From Tubiluchus corallicola (lineage: Eukaryota > Animalia > Priapulida): 64,000 bases of DNA. Shown here piece after piece: positions 26,701 to 63,109 of this stretch. The stretch is taken from NCBI GenBank assembly GCA_030141605.1, contig JAQGDQ010000009.1, positions 1,508,606 to 1,572,605 of the forward strand, read 5' to 3'. The notes beneath the pieces are model-generated. The model saw only the letters and a program-made list of their open reading frames with translations, did no database searches and was not told the origin of the DNA. Position numbers and translations under genes: made by a program. Each line of letters opens with the position of its first letter. Position 1 is the stretch's first letter.

Positions 26701-29700
26701 CGTACCATCACTGCATTCACCAGTGGCTTGCCACGTAGAAACCATCTGGCACTCAACGTATGTTTGCCTTTTTAGTTGTTAAACTGTACGAACAGGCTGT
26801 AGCACTCTAAACCAATTTCTGAATGAGAATTTACGATTTGGTCCTATATGTGCATTTATTTAAACTCTATAGCAAAATAGTGTTGCTTCTATTGTACAAC
26901 TGTCATGATCAAATAAACTTATTAATAATTTGGGCGTTCTCTGTTGGACCTAGACGCGTGTTGGATGTAGTGTATAATGCGCGTTTCTATAGATTAGCTT
27001 AACAATGTGGACATCTTACACAGGCCTATATAAATGGAGTCAAAGATTTTCAGTAAAACAGTTTTTCTGGTGAAGCCTAGCTAAGCCAACGAGTACCATT
27101 GATATTCAGAAGTCCATGTAGTGCATAAAACTTCATAAATTTAGGTCTTTCTAAAGTATTTCATCTGGTGGACGGAGTTAAAACTTGTAAGTTTATTACT
27201 AGATAAAGGACATTACAATCTCCAAGCGACCACGCACGTGTCTGCTCTATCCAGATAAAATGGGCAACGCAGCTTCCGGCACTCCTGAAAATGGGCTTGA
27301 CAGTAGTAGTGCACCGTAAATAAAAGTTGTGCCTTTTACGCAAATCATAGTTTATTTATTTTAGCATTAAATTTTAGTTTATCGCTGTTGTTGCATGACT
27401 ATTTGATACAGTACAGTAAATACAAGTGATTGTTTTGATGACACGTTGTATTTATTTCCGCAGTGCTAGCCAGTGATTACACTGCATTGATGCATAGCAC
27501 CAGTATACTTAGCATCTCGTCATGCATACAACACCTACACTTGGGGCCATTTTTCTCAAAATTCTTAGCCTAATGATGAAAATTAATTAAATCACTGAAC
27601 ATACCTGTGTTAAACGAACACTATTGCCACGTACATCACTTTTTTCTAGAACCTAAAATAAGCACATATGGTTACATGTTGGCAGTACATCATCGGCTTG
27701 ACCCTCCTTGTAATATAACTTCAACGTGCTGTATAAAGTCAAACCGGATTTTTCGCATTGTTTGGTAAAGTTCAGGTGAGGCGTCTGGGAGAAGCGAGAG
27801 CTGGTGGTGGGTTGTCAGATTCGCACTGCTGCCCATGCCCTCAAGCTTTTGCGTTGCTAACTTTATACATCACTATCTGCGATCTACTAGATTTCCTAGC
27901 GATCCTGCATTGATTGACCAGGTCAGTGAATCGGCTTTAGTTACCACTGTTTTATAAACTGCTAAAATCTGGTGATGTGATTTTTTTTCTAAAACATTAC
28001 TGTTAGGCCTTTAACACTTATTAGCATTATGTTTAGCTACCCTAACTAAAATTTGGCCCATAGTAAAAGTACAAAAGTGTGCATCTATTACTGGTTTACA
28101 TTTACGGTTAAACCAATTCACTAGTGGTGAATTTCTTAGCTGATGGTGCAGCTTGCAGCCAGGGCCATTTAAGCAGAAGGAATCACATAAACCAATTTTT
28201 TAGTAGTCACCCATCCGTTCACTTATTTGGGAATAACATTATTTAACTTTGTAGCGAGCACACACTCGACTATTCCTTCTCCCAAAAATCTAATGCTCTT
28301 GATACTCAATTTTTACTATTACTGGCCCTGTACAAGTCATCTAGCATTGTATAGGCAATTTATACCACCACTCGCCCAGCAGTCAAATTACTGCCACCAA
28401 ACATAGGCTGTTGAAAGGCAGTGCTATCTTATTAAAGACATTACGAACTGCAGCTGTATGAACATATTGGACGATGTCTAAAACATTGAAGTATGAGTCA
28501 TAATGCTGGAGGCTGGAACAATGGAGAAAGTGTGACGTCAGTAGAACATAACTCACATTGAGCGATGTTTAGATTCTCGAGGGCAATTAGTTGGGAAGTG
28601 GTGCTGACAAGCCAGTGGCATAACAGTGTCTAGTTTTGTTGCTGGATTACTGCCGAGCTTACCCACTTAGGGGCAGATTTATTTTAGAATATTGCTGCCC
28701 AATGTCTACAATTGATGGGCATATGATTGTGGGACTGGTAATGGGCAACTTAAAAGTAAGCCAAAAAATATTGCTGGCTGTGACACGTTTTCTTCTGTTT
28801 GTTGATAGCATGGTAATTTACTGAAAAATCACATTAAGCAACAAGTTAACGTAATCATACTTTCCTTGTCTAGTTTTTGAAGCACGAAAGTATCGAGTCC
28901 AACTGTTTAAATAACATACACAGCAATGACAAAAGCTAACACGAAATTTACCACATAATAATCAGCTATATTCACAAGCAATAACAGTACAAGTTGTTCT
29001 ATTTACAAACTGGAAAAATAAAAAAACGCCTCACATTATTTGTAGCTACAGTATCAAAAATCAACGTACGTATATGTTTTAGTTTATCGGAAAATAACCT
29101 GAATGTAACTAAAATTACATAGAACACGTAGGGCCTACAAAACTATGGCATGCCTTCATTAGTTGGTTATGGATTAATATAGTTGCTATAGTTTTTAATC
29201 ATAGGTGCTAATTAAACATAAAACAAGCTAACTTAATATAATGCAGATTGAAAAAGCTAAACAATCACAGAGCAGTACTAAAAAGCACTAGTAAGAACTT
29301 TAGTAAACATGAAAAAATACTACAATACATCTATGTATTTTGCACAAAACAGTCTAGCAGAGTTTATGTAAATCTAACAACACAGACTGCATGAAACACA
29401 AAAAGACACCCAACAATATTTTCACATGTGCTGCATAGAATTCCTATTATAATGAACAATTTATTTTCAGACACATTTCTGAAACTTAAATAACACAACG
29501 TGTGTTGTGCACAATTGTTTCTTAATGATCTTACTAACTTGGCGAAGTAAATTGTTGGGTAATGCAAGATGCAATCGATACAACATTAAATACAGTCGCA
29601 ATTTGACTAGGAATGAAAAAAAACAAGTCATGCTTACAATTATTTTATCACACAGTGCATACTGCAGCCAGAAAGGAATATTGTTTTAATCCACCATTTT

Positions 29701-31554
29701 AGACTTCTGTATCAAACAATACTTCAAAAATGGTAAAAATGATTTTAGATAAAAGCTCTGTCTTTTAATATTTAATCACTTGCTACACAAGAGTTACAGC
29801 AGGTAACGAAGCTTGCACTTTTGGAATTCAGTAGAAATAAGTATGATTCACCTTAACGATAATTTACAACAAATTCATACAACTAAGAGGCAAGTTAATG
29901 TGCAAACTCCCTTCAGACTGAGTCTTGTATTTAATGTAACCAAGATTTCGGTTAATGAAATAAAACAAAAAATAATAATAACATAGGTAATGATTGCATT
30001 AGCATCTCAAATTGCTACTCAAACAGCAATAGCAAATATGTATAAATGCACGTTTATGTAAACCGTTCCTAGGTGGTGCTGCAAAACAAACGTGCCAGCA
30101 GACAACTCCCTTTATTCAACTAAATAATAGGAATTTAACTTGCATACTTTTGTACATGGAAATAACCTTCCATTTTGCAAAAATATTAGTAATCTTTAGT
30201 TTACTTTGTAAAAGGAACAAAAAATATGCAACAATAATCATCTAATATTGGATATTAATTATACTCAAATAAACTGAATCAGCAACTTATGACATAAATA
30301 ATCAATGACTGTAACATTGGGTTATACTAGCTAATAAAAACACCATCACAGCACAAAATATTCACAATATCTGAAACTGCTTTTTACAATCTTAATGCTG
30401 TGTACATTAAGAAACACAAAAGGAACAAGTTGCATCAAGTGTGAAAATTAAAATTACATTTCAGTGAGAAAAGTATAACATAACGAGTCTTCGCTTGGTG
30501 TTTGCACTGCGTTCAAGCAGTATGCAATGTTAAGCGATATGTCGCTAAATGGAGCCTTGCTTTCCATATGTAACAATGTACATGGGTGGTGATGCATTCA
30601 GATGGGAAAATGCTTATCTCATAAATCAGAATCTATAAGTTTATTGTTTACATCTATACATAGTTTATTTACTAATATGGAAAGTCATTATTTATTTATT
30701 GTTTTGCATAACTATGAATAACATAACAAGTGCAAATTTTTTAGACCTCGCTATTTTGATTTAATGCTTGGTCATATTGGCTGCACTGCTGGAGCTTTGT
30801 ACATGTCTGATGCTTTTTCTCTGGCATTTCGGTTTCAATATTATGGATTCTTTTTCTGTTTTACTACATAAAATTACTATGCAGTGTTGCTGTTATGACA
30901 GGATCAATGCAGCTTTCAACCCATTAAGTACTTATAACATAGTAGGGCTAAATAACACTTTCACAATAGCCAGGAAATTGCCAGCAATATCTCAAAGTCA
31001 TATGAACATGTGCCAGTTTACTATGAGTAAGGACAGCAAACATAGTGCATGTACCTTTGACTTCGGTTAGTAGTAGCATCTCTATAAAGCATCAAAACTA
31101 CAAGAAAAAAATCTCAATGAAGTTAATATAAAAACTGCGTGGTTAAAATGAAAAAAATGGTTCAGAACTTCATCATCGTTAACATGAATCGTCGCTAAAT
31201 GAGGAGTCGTTAAGCTAGGACTTACTTTAGTATTACTTTAGTGATTTTTATTATATTTTATACCACAAACAGCTCTCCTCTTCTTTTAAGCATTCAGTTC
31301 GGTCCAGAAATTAAAGTGTAGTATCCCAATTTAGTTTGGTTCAGATAAATTCAAGAATTATACGGATTGGTTTGGTAAATTTATGCTTCGGCTTATCTCT
31401 ATCCATAGAATGCTGTTAATCTACCGGCTATAACAATAACAGTTTGCAATTTTTTCCTGTCAAAAATATTAACAAATTAAGTGGCTAATGTGACTGTATG
31501 CCTAACATGTAGGTAGGAATATGGAAGTTATTTTACTAGCAGTATATGCATTTG

Positions 31555-39124
<7,570 letters not shown>

Positions 39125-39470
39125 TTAATACTTTTAGTGTTATAAACCTATGCAGTCACAGTATAATGCTGAACTCAATTCACATTAAAATAGCGATGAT
39201 ATTAAACATTCAACAATGCAACTAAATTTTACATGTGCTATAAAACGTCCTCCATTGCAATTTTGTGGTTGGCGTATCTGCCGCCTAGTGCTAAACAACG
39301 CAATTACATAGGTCAAGTTAGGTCATTCCGGGAGGTGTTTAATGTTGTTTCGTTTAACTTTCGTGGAATTTATTAATCATGGTGCTTTTATCTAAAATTT
39401 GTACTTGCAGTTCTGCTCTGAAATTCGCTGAGATTTTGACATGTCGAAGTGCTAAGCAGTAGCACAGAAA
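39125..39470. promoter_or_regulatory. Putative bidirectional promoter between RAB21 and AKAP10, containing a perfect DR4 and a CTCF-like motif
   Basis: Only 346 bp separate the divergent ATGs (39124 on -, 39471 on +). AGGTCA-agtt-AGGTCA at 39310-39325; GCACTAGGCGGCAG on the minus strand at 39278-39291. Confidence 0.7.
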
Positions 39471-41728
39471 ATGCCACTTTTTAGAAGAACACCGAAATCT
39501 ACTTCTGATGACTGTGCTAAACAAAATTCTCCAAAATCATCATCTCCCTTTTTTGGACAAAGACGAGCCAGGTAATGATGATTTCTTGTACTGGGTACTC
39601 ACCACCTATCCTAGTTATGACACTAACAGAACTCAGCTTCACGTGAATAATTATTGATAGCTATAATGATAATGATGTTACAATTGCATGCACATCTAAA
39701 TACATTACAAGCTGGCCTAATCAGTCATTACCGTTTTAAAAGTAGTCATTCTTCTTTGTCTAGACACTTACGTGATTATTATGATTCAGATACATTTTTT
39801 TAAATTTCGTAGAAAACAAAGAAATTTATTTGTTCATTTATTAATATTTGTACTACAATGTTGTTAAGATATTAAATTTGTTTCAAGTTATCTGTCTGTC
39901 TACTACTAACTTTTTGATATTTTGTTTTAGGTCACCGTTTCTCACTGGCACACTCAAGAAACATAGCAGCCAAACCTCATTATCTTCACAGTCTTCAGGT
40001 CAAGGCATTGGAAATGAATTTCCAGAAGGTGACATTGGCATTCCTGACAGCATTCTTGGTACTACTAAAGAAAAATGTGCCAGTGATTCAACAACAACAT
40101 TATTGATCGATTATCAGCTTGGTGATCTTGGGCAGATTGGTAGTAATCCGGCTGTGGAGCGGAAATCTCGCTTGTCAAAAAGTTTCATGGAAGTTTTATC
40201 TGATAAAAATGCTCTTGGTTATTTCATTCAGTTTATGCAGACTTGTAATGCTGGTCATTTAATTCAGTTCTGGTTGGATGCTGAGAGCTTTCAAGACTCG
40301 ACGTGCTTGCGAATGAGGGAACATTCCTTAGATACTCTTGCCAAAACAACACTTGGTCAGAGAAGTTTAATAGGAAAAAGTGATGGATCAGATAATATTC
40401 AAAAGTCTGACATGGGTTGTCAAAGCAATAATTTAGACGCTGTTTTTACAGATGGAGGTGAGAGTGATAGCAGAGTACTTGAATGCAGGTCGTTTGATGC
40501 ATCTCAGTCTGCTGCAGAAAAATTGAAAAGGTGCATTGATGAAGATGCAGTTAAAATATATTCCACATATCTTTCACAGGATGCCACTTGTGCAGTTGGG
40601 ATAAGTGATGAACTGAGAAATGAAACAATTGCTAAAGTGTGCAGAGATGACAGTAAAATTGATCCATATTGTTTTGTTGCAGCTCAGGAATATGTGATAG
40701 GTATAATGGCCAGCCGACACTTTCCAAAATTTCAGTTAAGCGTTTACCACTGTAAGCATCAAATAGATGTACTGACAAGTGGTTTAGTTACTTTGGCAGA
40801 TCTCTTATACAATGATGTGGCCTTATTTTATTTCATGGAATTTATTGAACAAGAGGAGGCTATGGTGTTGCTTGAATTTTGGATGGCTATTGATAATTTT
40901 CACAGACATTTACAAGAGCATGAGAACATAGACAGTGCGCAAGCTCAAAACGATGCAATGGTACTATATGATAAATACTTCTCATTGCAAGCTACTATGC
41001 CTCTAGGATTCAGTCAAAAAGTCAGGTTTGAAATCGAGTCAAATATCTGCAGAGAATCTGGGCCGTTGCCAAATTGTTTTGATACGCCTCTGCGGATTGT
41101 TCTTCATACTTTAGAGCAGATGTATTTGCCACTGTTTTTGCAAAGTGAGATTTACTACCGATATTTGAGTGAAATTATAAGCACGATTCAGTTGAGCAGC
41201 ACAAAAGAATCTATTATGCAACATAAAAGAACAGACAGTGAAGCGAGTAGTGAAGTAAGTGGAAATAGTGAACCAGGGCATCATACAACAAAGAATACGC
41301 TACTCGCTATGGGTAAATTGCACAAAGATCAAGAAGCTGTCAGAAAGGTAATGCAAACTCTTGAGGGTGATTTTCACATTGATCCTACACTATTGAATCC
41401 TGATAATTTGTACAAAAGACGAAATGCTGGACAGCTTGCTGTAGGTTACATTGATGGGTTTGGAAGATATAAGACTGACTTTGAACCCGAACCTGATTAT
41501 AAAGAGAAAAGTTCTACAAAAATTACCAAAGCTGTCAAGAAATTTATTACAAATGTTGAAGACCAAGAAAAAGAAGAGATGGCTTTGAAAATTGCACAAA
41601 TGATTGTTAATGATATAACATCTGTTACATTAGGTAAAACTTCACAGCCTGTTCCAGACTTGCAATGTGAAAATAATTCACCCACACCTCACAATAGTAA
41701 CATAGCTCCACAACAAAAACTGACGTGA
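39471..41728 (+). CDS. AKAP10: A-kinase anchor protein 10 (D-AKAP2): tandem RGS domains and C-terminal PKA-binding helix, ~632 aa
   Basis: Exons 39471-39571 and 39931-41728 (phase-2 join AG+G). RGS motifs SRLSKSFMEVLSDKNALGYFIQFM..FWLDAESF, LADLLYNDVALFYFMEF, DAMVLYDKYFSLQATMPLGF, ESNICRESGP; AKB helix EEMALKIAQMIVNDIT. Confidence 0.95.
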
Positions 41729-44700
41729 AAATAAAGTGCTATAATTGCAATAATGTAAGTAAAGGAATAGAACATATTTCATGTTAAACAATAGGTGCAA
41801 GAGTCGCATTATGTTTTGTCAAACTATAAGTTATGTTTTTTAGTAACACCATAATTACGTTGAAGACACTATGTGTTGCAGTTTATAGTCATGTCCAGTA
41901 TAACAGGAAAATTAACAGTTATTTTATAAGTGCTTTACAGGTAACTGAATTTATGTATGCAGATTATGTTAAATTATAGACTGCACAGCAGTATTGTAAC
42001 GTTGTTACTAATAGCTATATTATCAAACTTTATTGGCCAAAAGTTTGTTTGTGATTAATGCTAAGATAAGCGAAAGGTAGTTGTTAACATTTTGTAAATA
42101 ATTACTGTGATGATTTAAGGACAATATTTGTAATTCTAACAAGAATGTGAGTTATATCAAACTTGTGTACCTTTGTAAGCACACTAATTGTTAAATTACA
42201 AATTTTATGCACTGTAATAACTTGTAAATAAGGACGGTTAAATGTTTACACAAAATCGTAGTAATAAAGCTAGAATGTTAAATTTATGTATATTAAAACA
42301 GCACATCCTTGCTAGTTAAAAACATCTGATTGATATCAAATGAGTTGTATTAATTTATGAAATGGGTAAGTGTAAATTATGGTGGATGATTTCATTGTTG
42401 TTTGTTTGTTTTTTGCATGTTTTCAATTCGCAGACTTAATACTTCTCTTGGTTGTCAAAATGTTATTCTTTTACCTTTGGTACAGCATTTCAAACTTTAT
42501 GACCTGAGCACATTTAATTGTGTCAGAATGCTTGCCTTGACAAACATCTGCTTTTGATCTTCTCTTCTGGCCCCTCTCTCACACACTTGTCGTCTCTTGC
42601 TGTTGCTGTCTCTCCCTCGGTCGGCATGCACATTATATACGCACTAGCAAAGAAACTTTTAGATTTTTGAATACTCTTCAAAGGCGTTTGAATTGGGAAA
42701 AATTTTATTTGTAACATAAAGTAGAAATGAGTGTCATAGCCTTAGAATAGATTCCAAGAATCACACAGAAGTCGTAGAGCTTGCAGTGAAATCAGGTTTA
42801 GTTGTGCGTTTGGCACTGCAGCAGTTTCTGTTTGTATAAGAGATAAAAATGGCAGCGCACAGAGTCACTTATTGCTATAATCAGTGTGTACTTATAGTGA
42901 ACGTACAATTTGTTATCTAAACAATACTTTGTGGTTTAGTGGAATGCCACTATCGTAGTGCTAAAGGAAGTTCTGTTGAATTACCTAGAAATGCAGATGT
43001 AATCATAGATAGTAATATTACTAGACTACATATTCACCATGGATGATTAAGATGAATGAAAGTTCTGGCAGTCGATGAGATCCATGTACTGCATGATGAT
43101 GGCTTAAGCGAACACACTCACAAAAGCCCCATATTCTTCCACAAAGTAATTGTCAATTAAAGCTTTAAACTATGCCCTGTAGTTTTTTAATCAAAATAAA
43201 TAAATAAAACATATTTTATTATAAAGTGCACTGGCAAGCAAAGTTATTTCAATGGCGCTGTACAGTAAAACATCATAGTTATAAAAATTAATGCACAATT
43301 ATAAAAATATAACACTGTAATCACCAACTAAATTAAAGAAATTTTCAGGCGAGAAGTTTTCTTTTCCTAGTCAGTATTTCGTAGACCTCAACTGTAAGAT
43401 CCATGGGCTGTCTAATTAATATCAAGTAATTGTCTAAGTGTAATACTTCGATCTTTCTAAATATGGGAGATTTTTACAACCAGATGTTATTCTTGTAGTA
43501 CTCTTTCCATGAGCAATATGTCTTTTAATATTTGAGTTGCATTTTCTGATAAAACTTGGAAGGTGAAATTACTTAGGTAGACGTGAGGGCAAGCTGAACA
43601 AACCATTTTCAAGTCTCATCGCCGTACTTTCTTATAATTAAGATAATAATTCAGTGGTTAAATCTTAATTCTTGCTGCAATAATCAGCAAGAATAACTCA
43701 GTAGAAACAATTTGCAGAATCTATGTAAACTGTATAAAGTTTCATATCATGACTCCACATTCTTTTGTAAATTCCATAATGGCCGTCGTGCACTTAATAT
43801 TTCTTAGAACTTCTACTTGCATGTCATACAGATCTCCCAAACACTTACTTGACTTAACAACCGCAAACAAATTCATATTCAGCTGTATCTTCTTGGGGTA
43901 TTACCGTATTACACATATGGCACATTAAATGACTTACCTATATAGTTTTGAAGTTACACTTCAATTCCAGTATATTTAAAGAATTTTCGTGTACTGAAAT
44001 ATCTTCTTCACACCTTTCTCAGAAATATAATTTCGCTTTTAAATTCTGTGTATTTCAGGTTTTTTTAATTTAGATTTGAATTCCTCAGGTGTGCACTGCA
44101 TCTGAATTAGGGTTGAGTTATTCAACCGAATTCATTGTATGGAACCAATTTGGTCCAAATTTTATTTATTGTATTATTTTTATTTTATTTTGAGTAGAAT
44201 GCCATATTCTGACACTGATCCTTTTTCCCGAATAAAAACGATCATTTGGGGATGCTGGAATCTGGAATCCAGCAACCGGGAAGCATTTGTTTGGCGGCCA
44301 CACATTATTTTAATGACCAAATTTGCCGTTGCTTAAATTTGGTTCCTAAGCACATATGGTCATTCTACAAGCTGGGATTCAGCACATAATGAGTGCCTAC
44401 TAAATGTAAATTGTTCAGGCAGGATTGACATCTATTTCATTATTGAGAATAATCTTGATGTGAGACACTGGATAGCCAAGATATCTCAGCCATATCTCAA
44501 GTAACTTTGGTACTTTACCAGTAAACCTTTTTGTCTTGTAAAGGTCTTTATTACAGAAGGCTGACATTTTTTATCAGATCAGATAATCGCAAGATTGGAC
44601 TTGAAAACTACAGCAGCGCACAAGGGAAACACAAATCCGCTACGAGCGCGATACTACAATTAATATATTAGTGATGGTATTAAAAGACTTCATTACAGTT

Positions 44701-45185
44701 TGATTCACCACCCTTGCCATGTATCGTCAATGTCACCACCAGCATTTAAATCATCACCATGTTCATTATTATATGCTTTATCATTACAGCAGTAGTACCA
44801 CCACATTGCCATTGTCATCATAATCATCTTTGCTTCAGCTTTATTATCCCTAAAAATCTGCACAAATTTGATTTTTGTAAGGTCTCAAACGTCTTGATTT
44901 CTCTTTTTCGATGGCATGAAAGTGCCAAATGGATAGTTCTAATACAGTAATGATTTTTTTATTAGACCTGATTGTATTTAGATGTGCCTGCAAAAAATGT
45001 AATAAATGGTATGTTACATGTGGAAGAGCTTTAGTGCTAGTGAAGAATTAAGGAAAAATCTGGAAGTTAATAATATCCACAATGTATTTTTAATAAACTC
45101 AGTAACTGTGCTTACTGTGCATGCTCTTTGTGTTTAGTGATACTTTCTGCTGCCCCTACATTTTTTATCTTTTGAATATTCCAGA

Positions 45186-60735
<15,550 letters not shown>

Positions 60736-63109
60736 AAAGAAGCATGTCTGATCAGCACAAATGGAAGGGCATGCTTGTTTACACTTACAATTGAAACTGT
60801 TACAAAATGTCATATTTCCAAAGTTATTTGCACAATTCACTTTACTGCTTTACATAATGTCATTTACTCTTATTTTTCAGCACATTTTTATATCACGTTT
60901 ATGTAAATATGAAAATTAGAAATTTTTATTTATACATTAAATAATATATTCCATATACTGTGTATAAAATATTGAGTTTATTAATAATATAAAAGTTTTG
61001 TTGTTGACTGTATTGTAACAGTTAACAGATTCCTAATTGTTCTGATTACAATCATGTACTAATTTGTTATTATTTGAAGTACAAGATACATTGTAGAACT
61101 GCCAACTATTTCAACACTTCACGTGAGTAATGGCTAACATTTCAGTTTATAAAATTTGTTTATATTCTTAGGCATTCTTCTTTTGTTGCATATGTATGAA
61201 ACTGTATATTTTTGCAAGATTCTGTGTTCGATAAAATCATGTAAGTTGCCATTTTCTCCTAAATGCCAACATTCAATATTCCTGTCTGCATATTGTCACT
61301 GGACAATTATTTACTAATGTGATGCTTGGAGGAGTTTAACTATCGCCAAGTCAACAAATTTTATCATGATTAAGATTTTATAGCATCTGTGATATATTGA
61401 CTTTTACTCTCCAAGGTAATAAATGTGTTGTACATACACTACTGCTAGTTACTTTTGTATACTAATAATAAAGCTATAAAACTGATGTGAAAATGATATT
61501 CACCGCATTATATATGCTTATAAAAGACTTGTTTTTGCTATAAACTATTTCACAGACATAACAATTAAAATTGTATAGTAATTAATGAATGTAGTAGTTT
61601 GTGATGGATATGAACAACATTTTTATAATATGGATGGATATCTTGTAAGTCACAAAAAATTCTGTTGCTGGTGTTCTTAGTTAAGCCAAACGACGAAGTA
61701 TAATTATAGTAGTCTAGTGATAGATCTGAGTTGTAAAAATAGGTGATAAATGGAGTGAAAACTTATTGTTAAATATGTCTTTGTGTTTCAATGTTACAAT
61801 TTTAATTGCACACTATGTTATAAAAACCTAACTTGTGCCTACTAGTATTTGATTATTGATTTACTAGCAAACAGCTAAACTAATTTAGTTCACAAGAAAC
61901 CCCAGTGATGTAGAAATAAAAAAGGCAACTAGCTAACTATTGTTTCTTACTGTGATTCTGTTCTTATTAAAGACTGCTATGTATTTGTTTCTTCTCAAAA
62001 TTAGTATACTCAAGGCACACATCCATGTACAAAAGTTATGGTCATAATGCATCGTTGTTGTTTTTCTGTGTGATGTAATATTATAGAGTTCATTTGTTAT
62101 GATTCCTAATTGTGTGAGTAGCAATCTGCCGCACCAACCACGTTGTAATTTTTTCTAGAAAAATGAACATTTTTAAAGCACAATATTAGCATATGTCAAT
62201 ATGCGTGTAAGCCAATGTACCTTGTAAATGTGTTATAAAAATGATAATAAAATGAGAACATTAATTTACTACGAACTGTTTTTCTTCTTTTGCCAAAGTG
62301 ATAAGATTTAGAGAGCTGGTAGCAAATGGTACGTAACAGGTACGATACTTCATGATAAAAAAATCGAAGTGTCTTTATGTCTGTTTATCCGAAATATAAT
62401 TTTGAGTGACATAGCGACGTAATGTCTAATAAAACGGTGGCGTTATTGCCAGATGCAATCAGAAGTAATAATAGGGACAGCAAAAACGATAATTAAATCG
62501 CGAAAGAGTCTAGCAGCATTGAGTTCATATTTATCTAAATGAAGACTATTATCCGCATCATTTAGCATTAATTTCTTATTTTTTAGCATGGCAGCTTGGA
62601 GTCGTTGTAAAGGAACACGTGCGTGAAACTGAGTTTATGAGGAAGATTATTAATTTTTTTGTTTTAATTTTTCATGTCTCTGGTACGAGGTCTGGTATTA
62701 CACAATTGTTCTGGTAACACTGTAAATAATTCGTCCCTGAAAGACTCAGAAAATAAATCTAAAAAAAAGTGAAATCGTTTTCTAGCCGGTCCGAATTTCA
62801 GGTCAACGTGTTTACATATCGGAGCAAAATAAATACAAAACTGGTCAGTAATACAACTGTATTTTAAATATGTTCTGATAATTAATACTTGCATTTATTT
62901 TAATCAGTTTGTTTGTCGTAGATATTGCAAGAGCAGGATGACAATTAAGAAAATTACTTTGAAACCAACGTCATTACAGTCAAGGAGACAGACATTTACG
63001 TTTGCTAATAGACAACAACTTCTGTATCCTAAATAAGAAAAAATAGAACTGAAATGAATTAAACTATTTGGATAGTTTGTTCGTTTACTGAAGCTGACAA
63101 GTGAAAAGC

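Noticed and set aside
25608-26782. Short ORFs of 87-104 aa upstream of the ABCG gene
   Set aside because: No recognisable motifs or consistent exon chain; more likely non-coding or transposon-derived DNA.
28160-28330. CAGGGCCA...TGGCCCTG possible hAT MITE
   Set aside because: Only an 8-bp inverted match and no 8-bp TSD.
39848-39930. ORF-track start of AKAP10 (MYYNVV...)
   Set aside because: This is intronic. The acceptor at 39930 joins in phase to exon 39471-39571.
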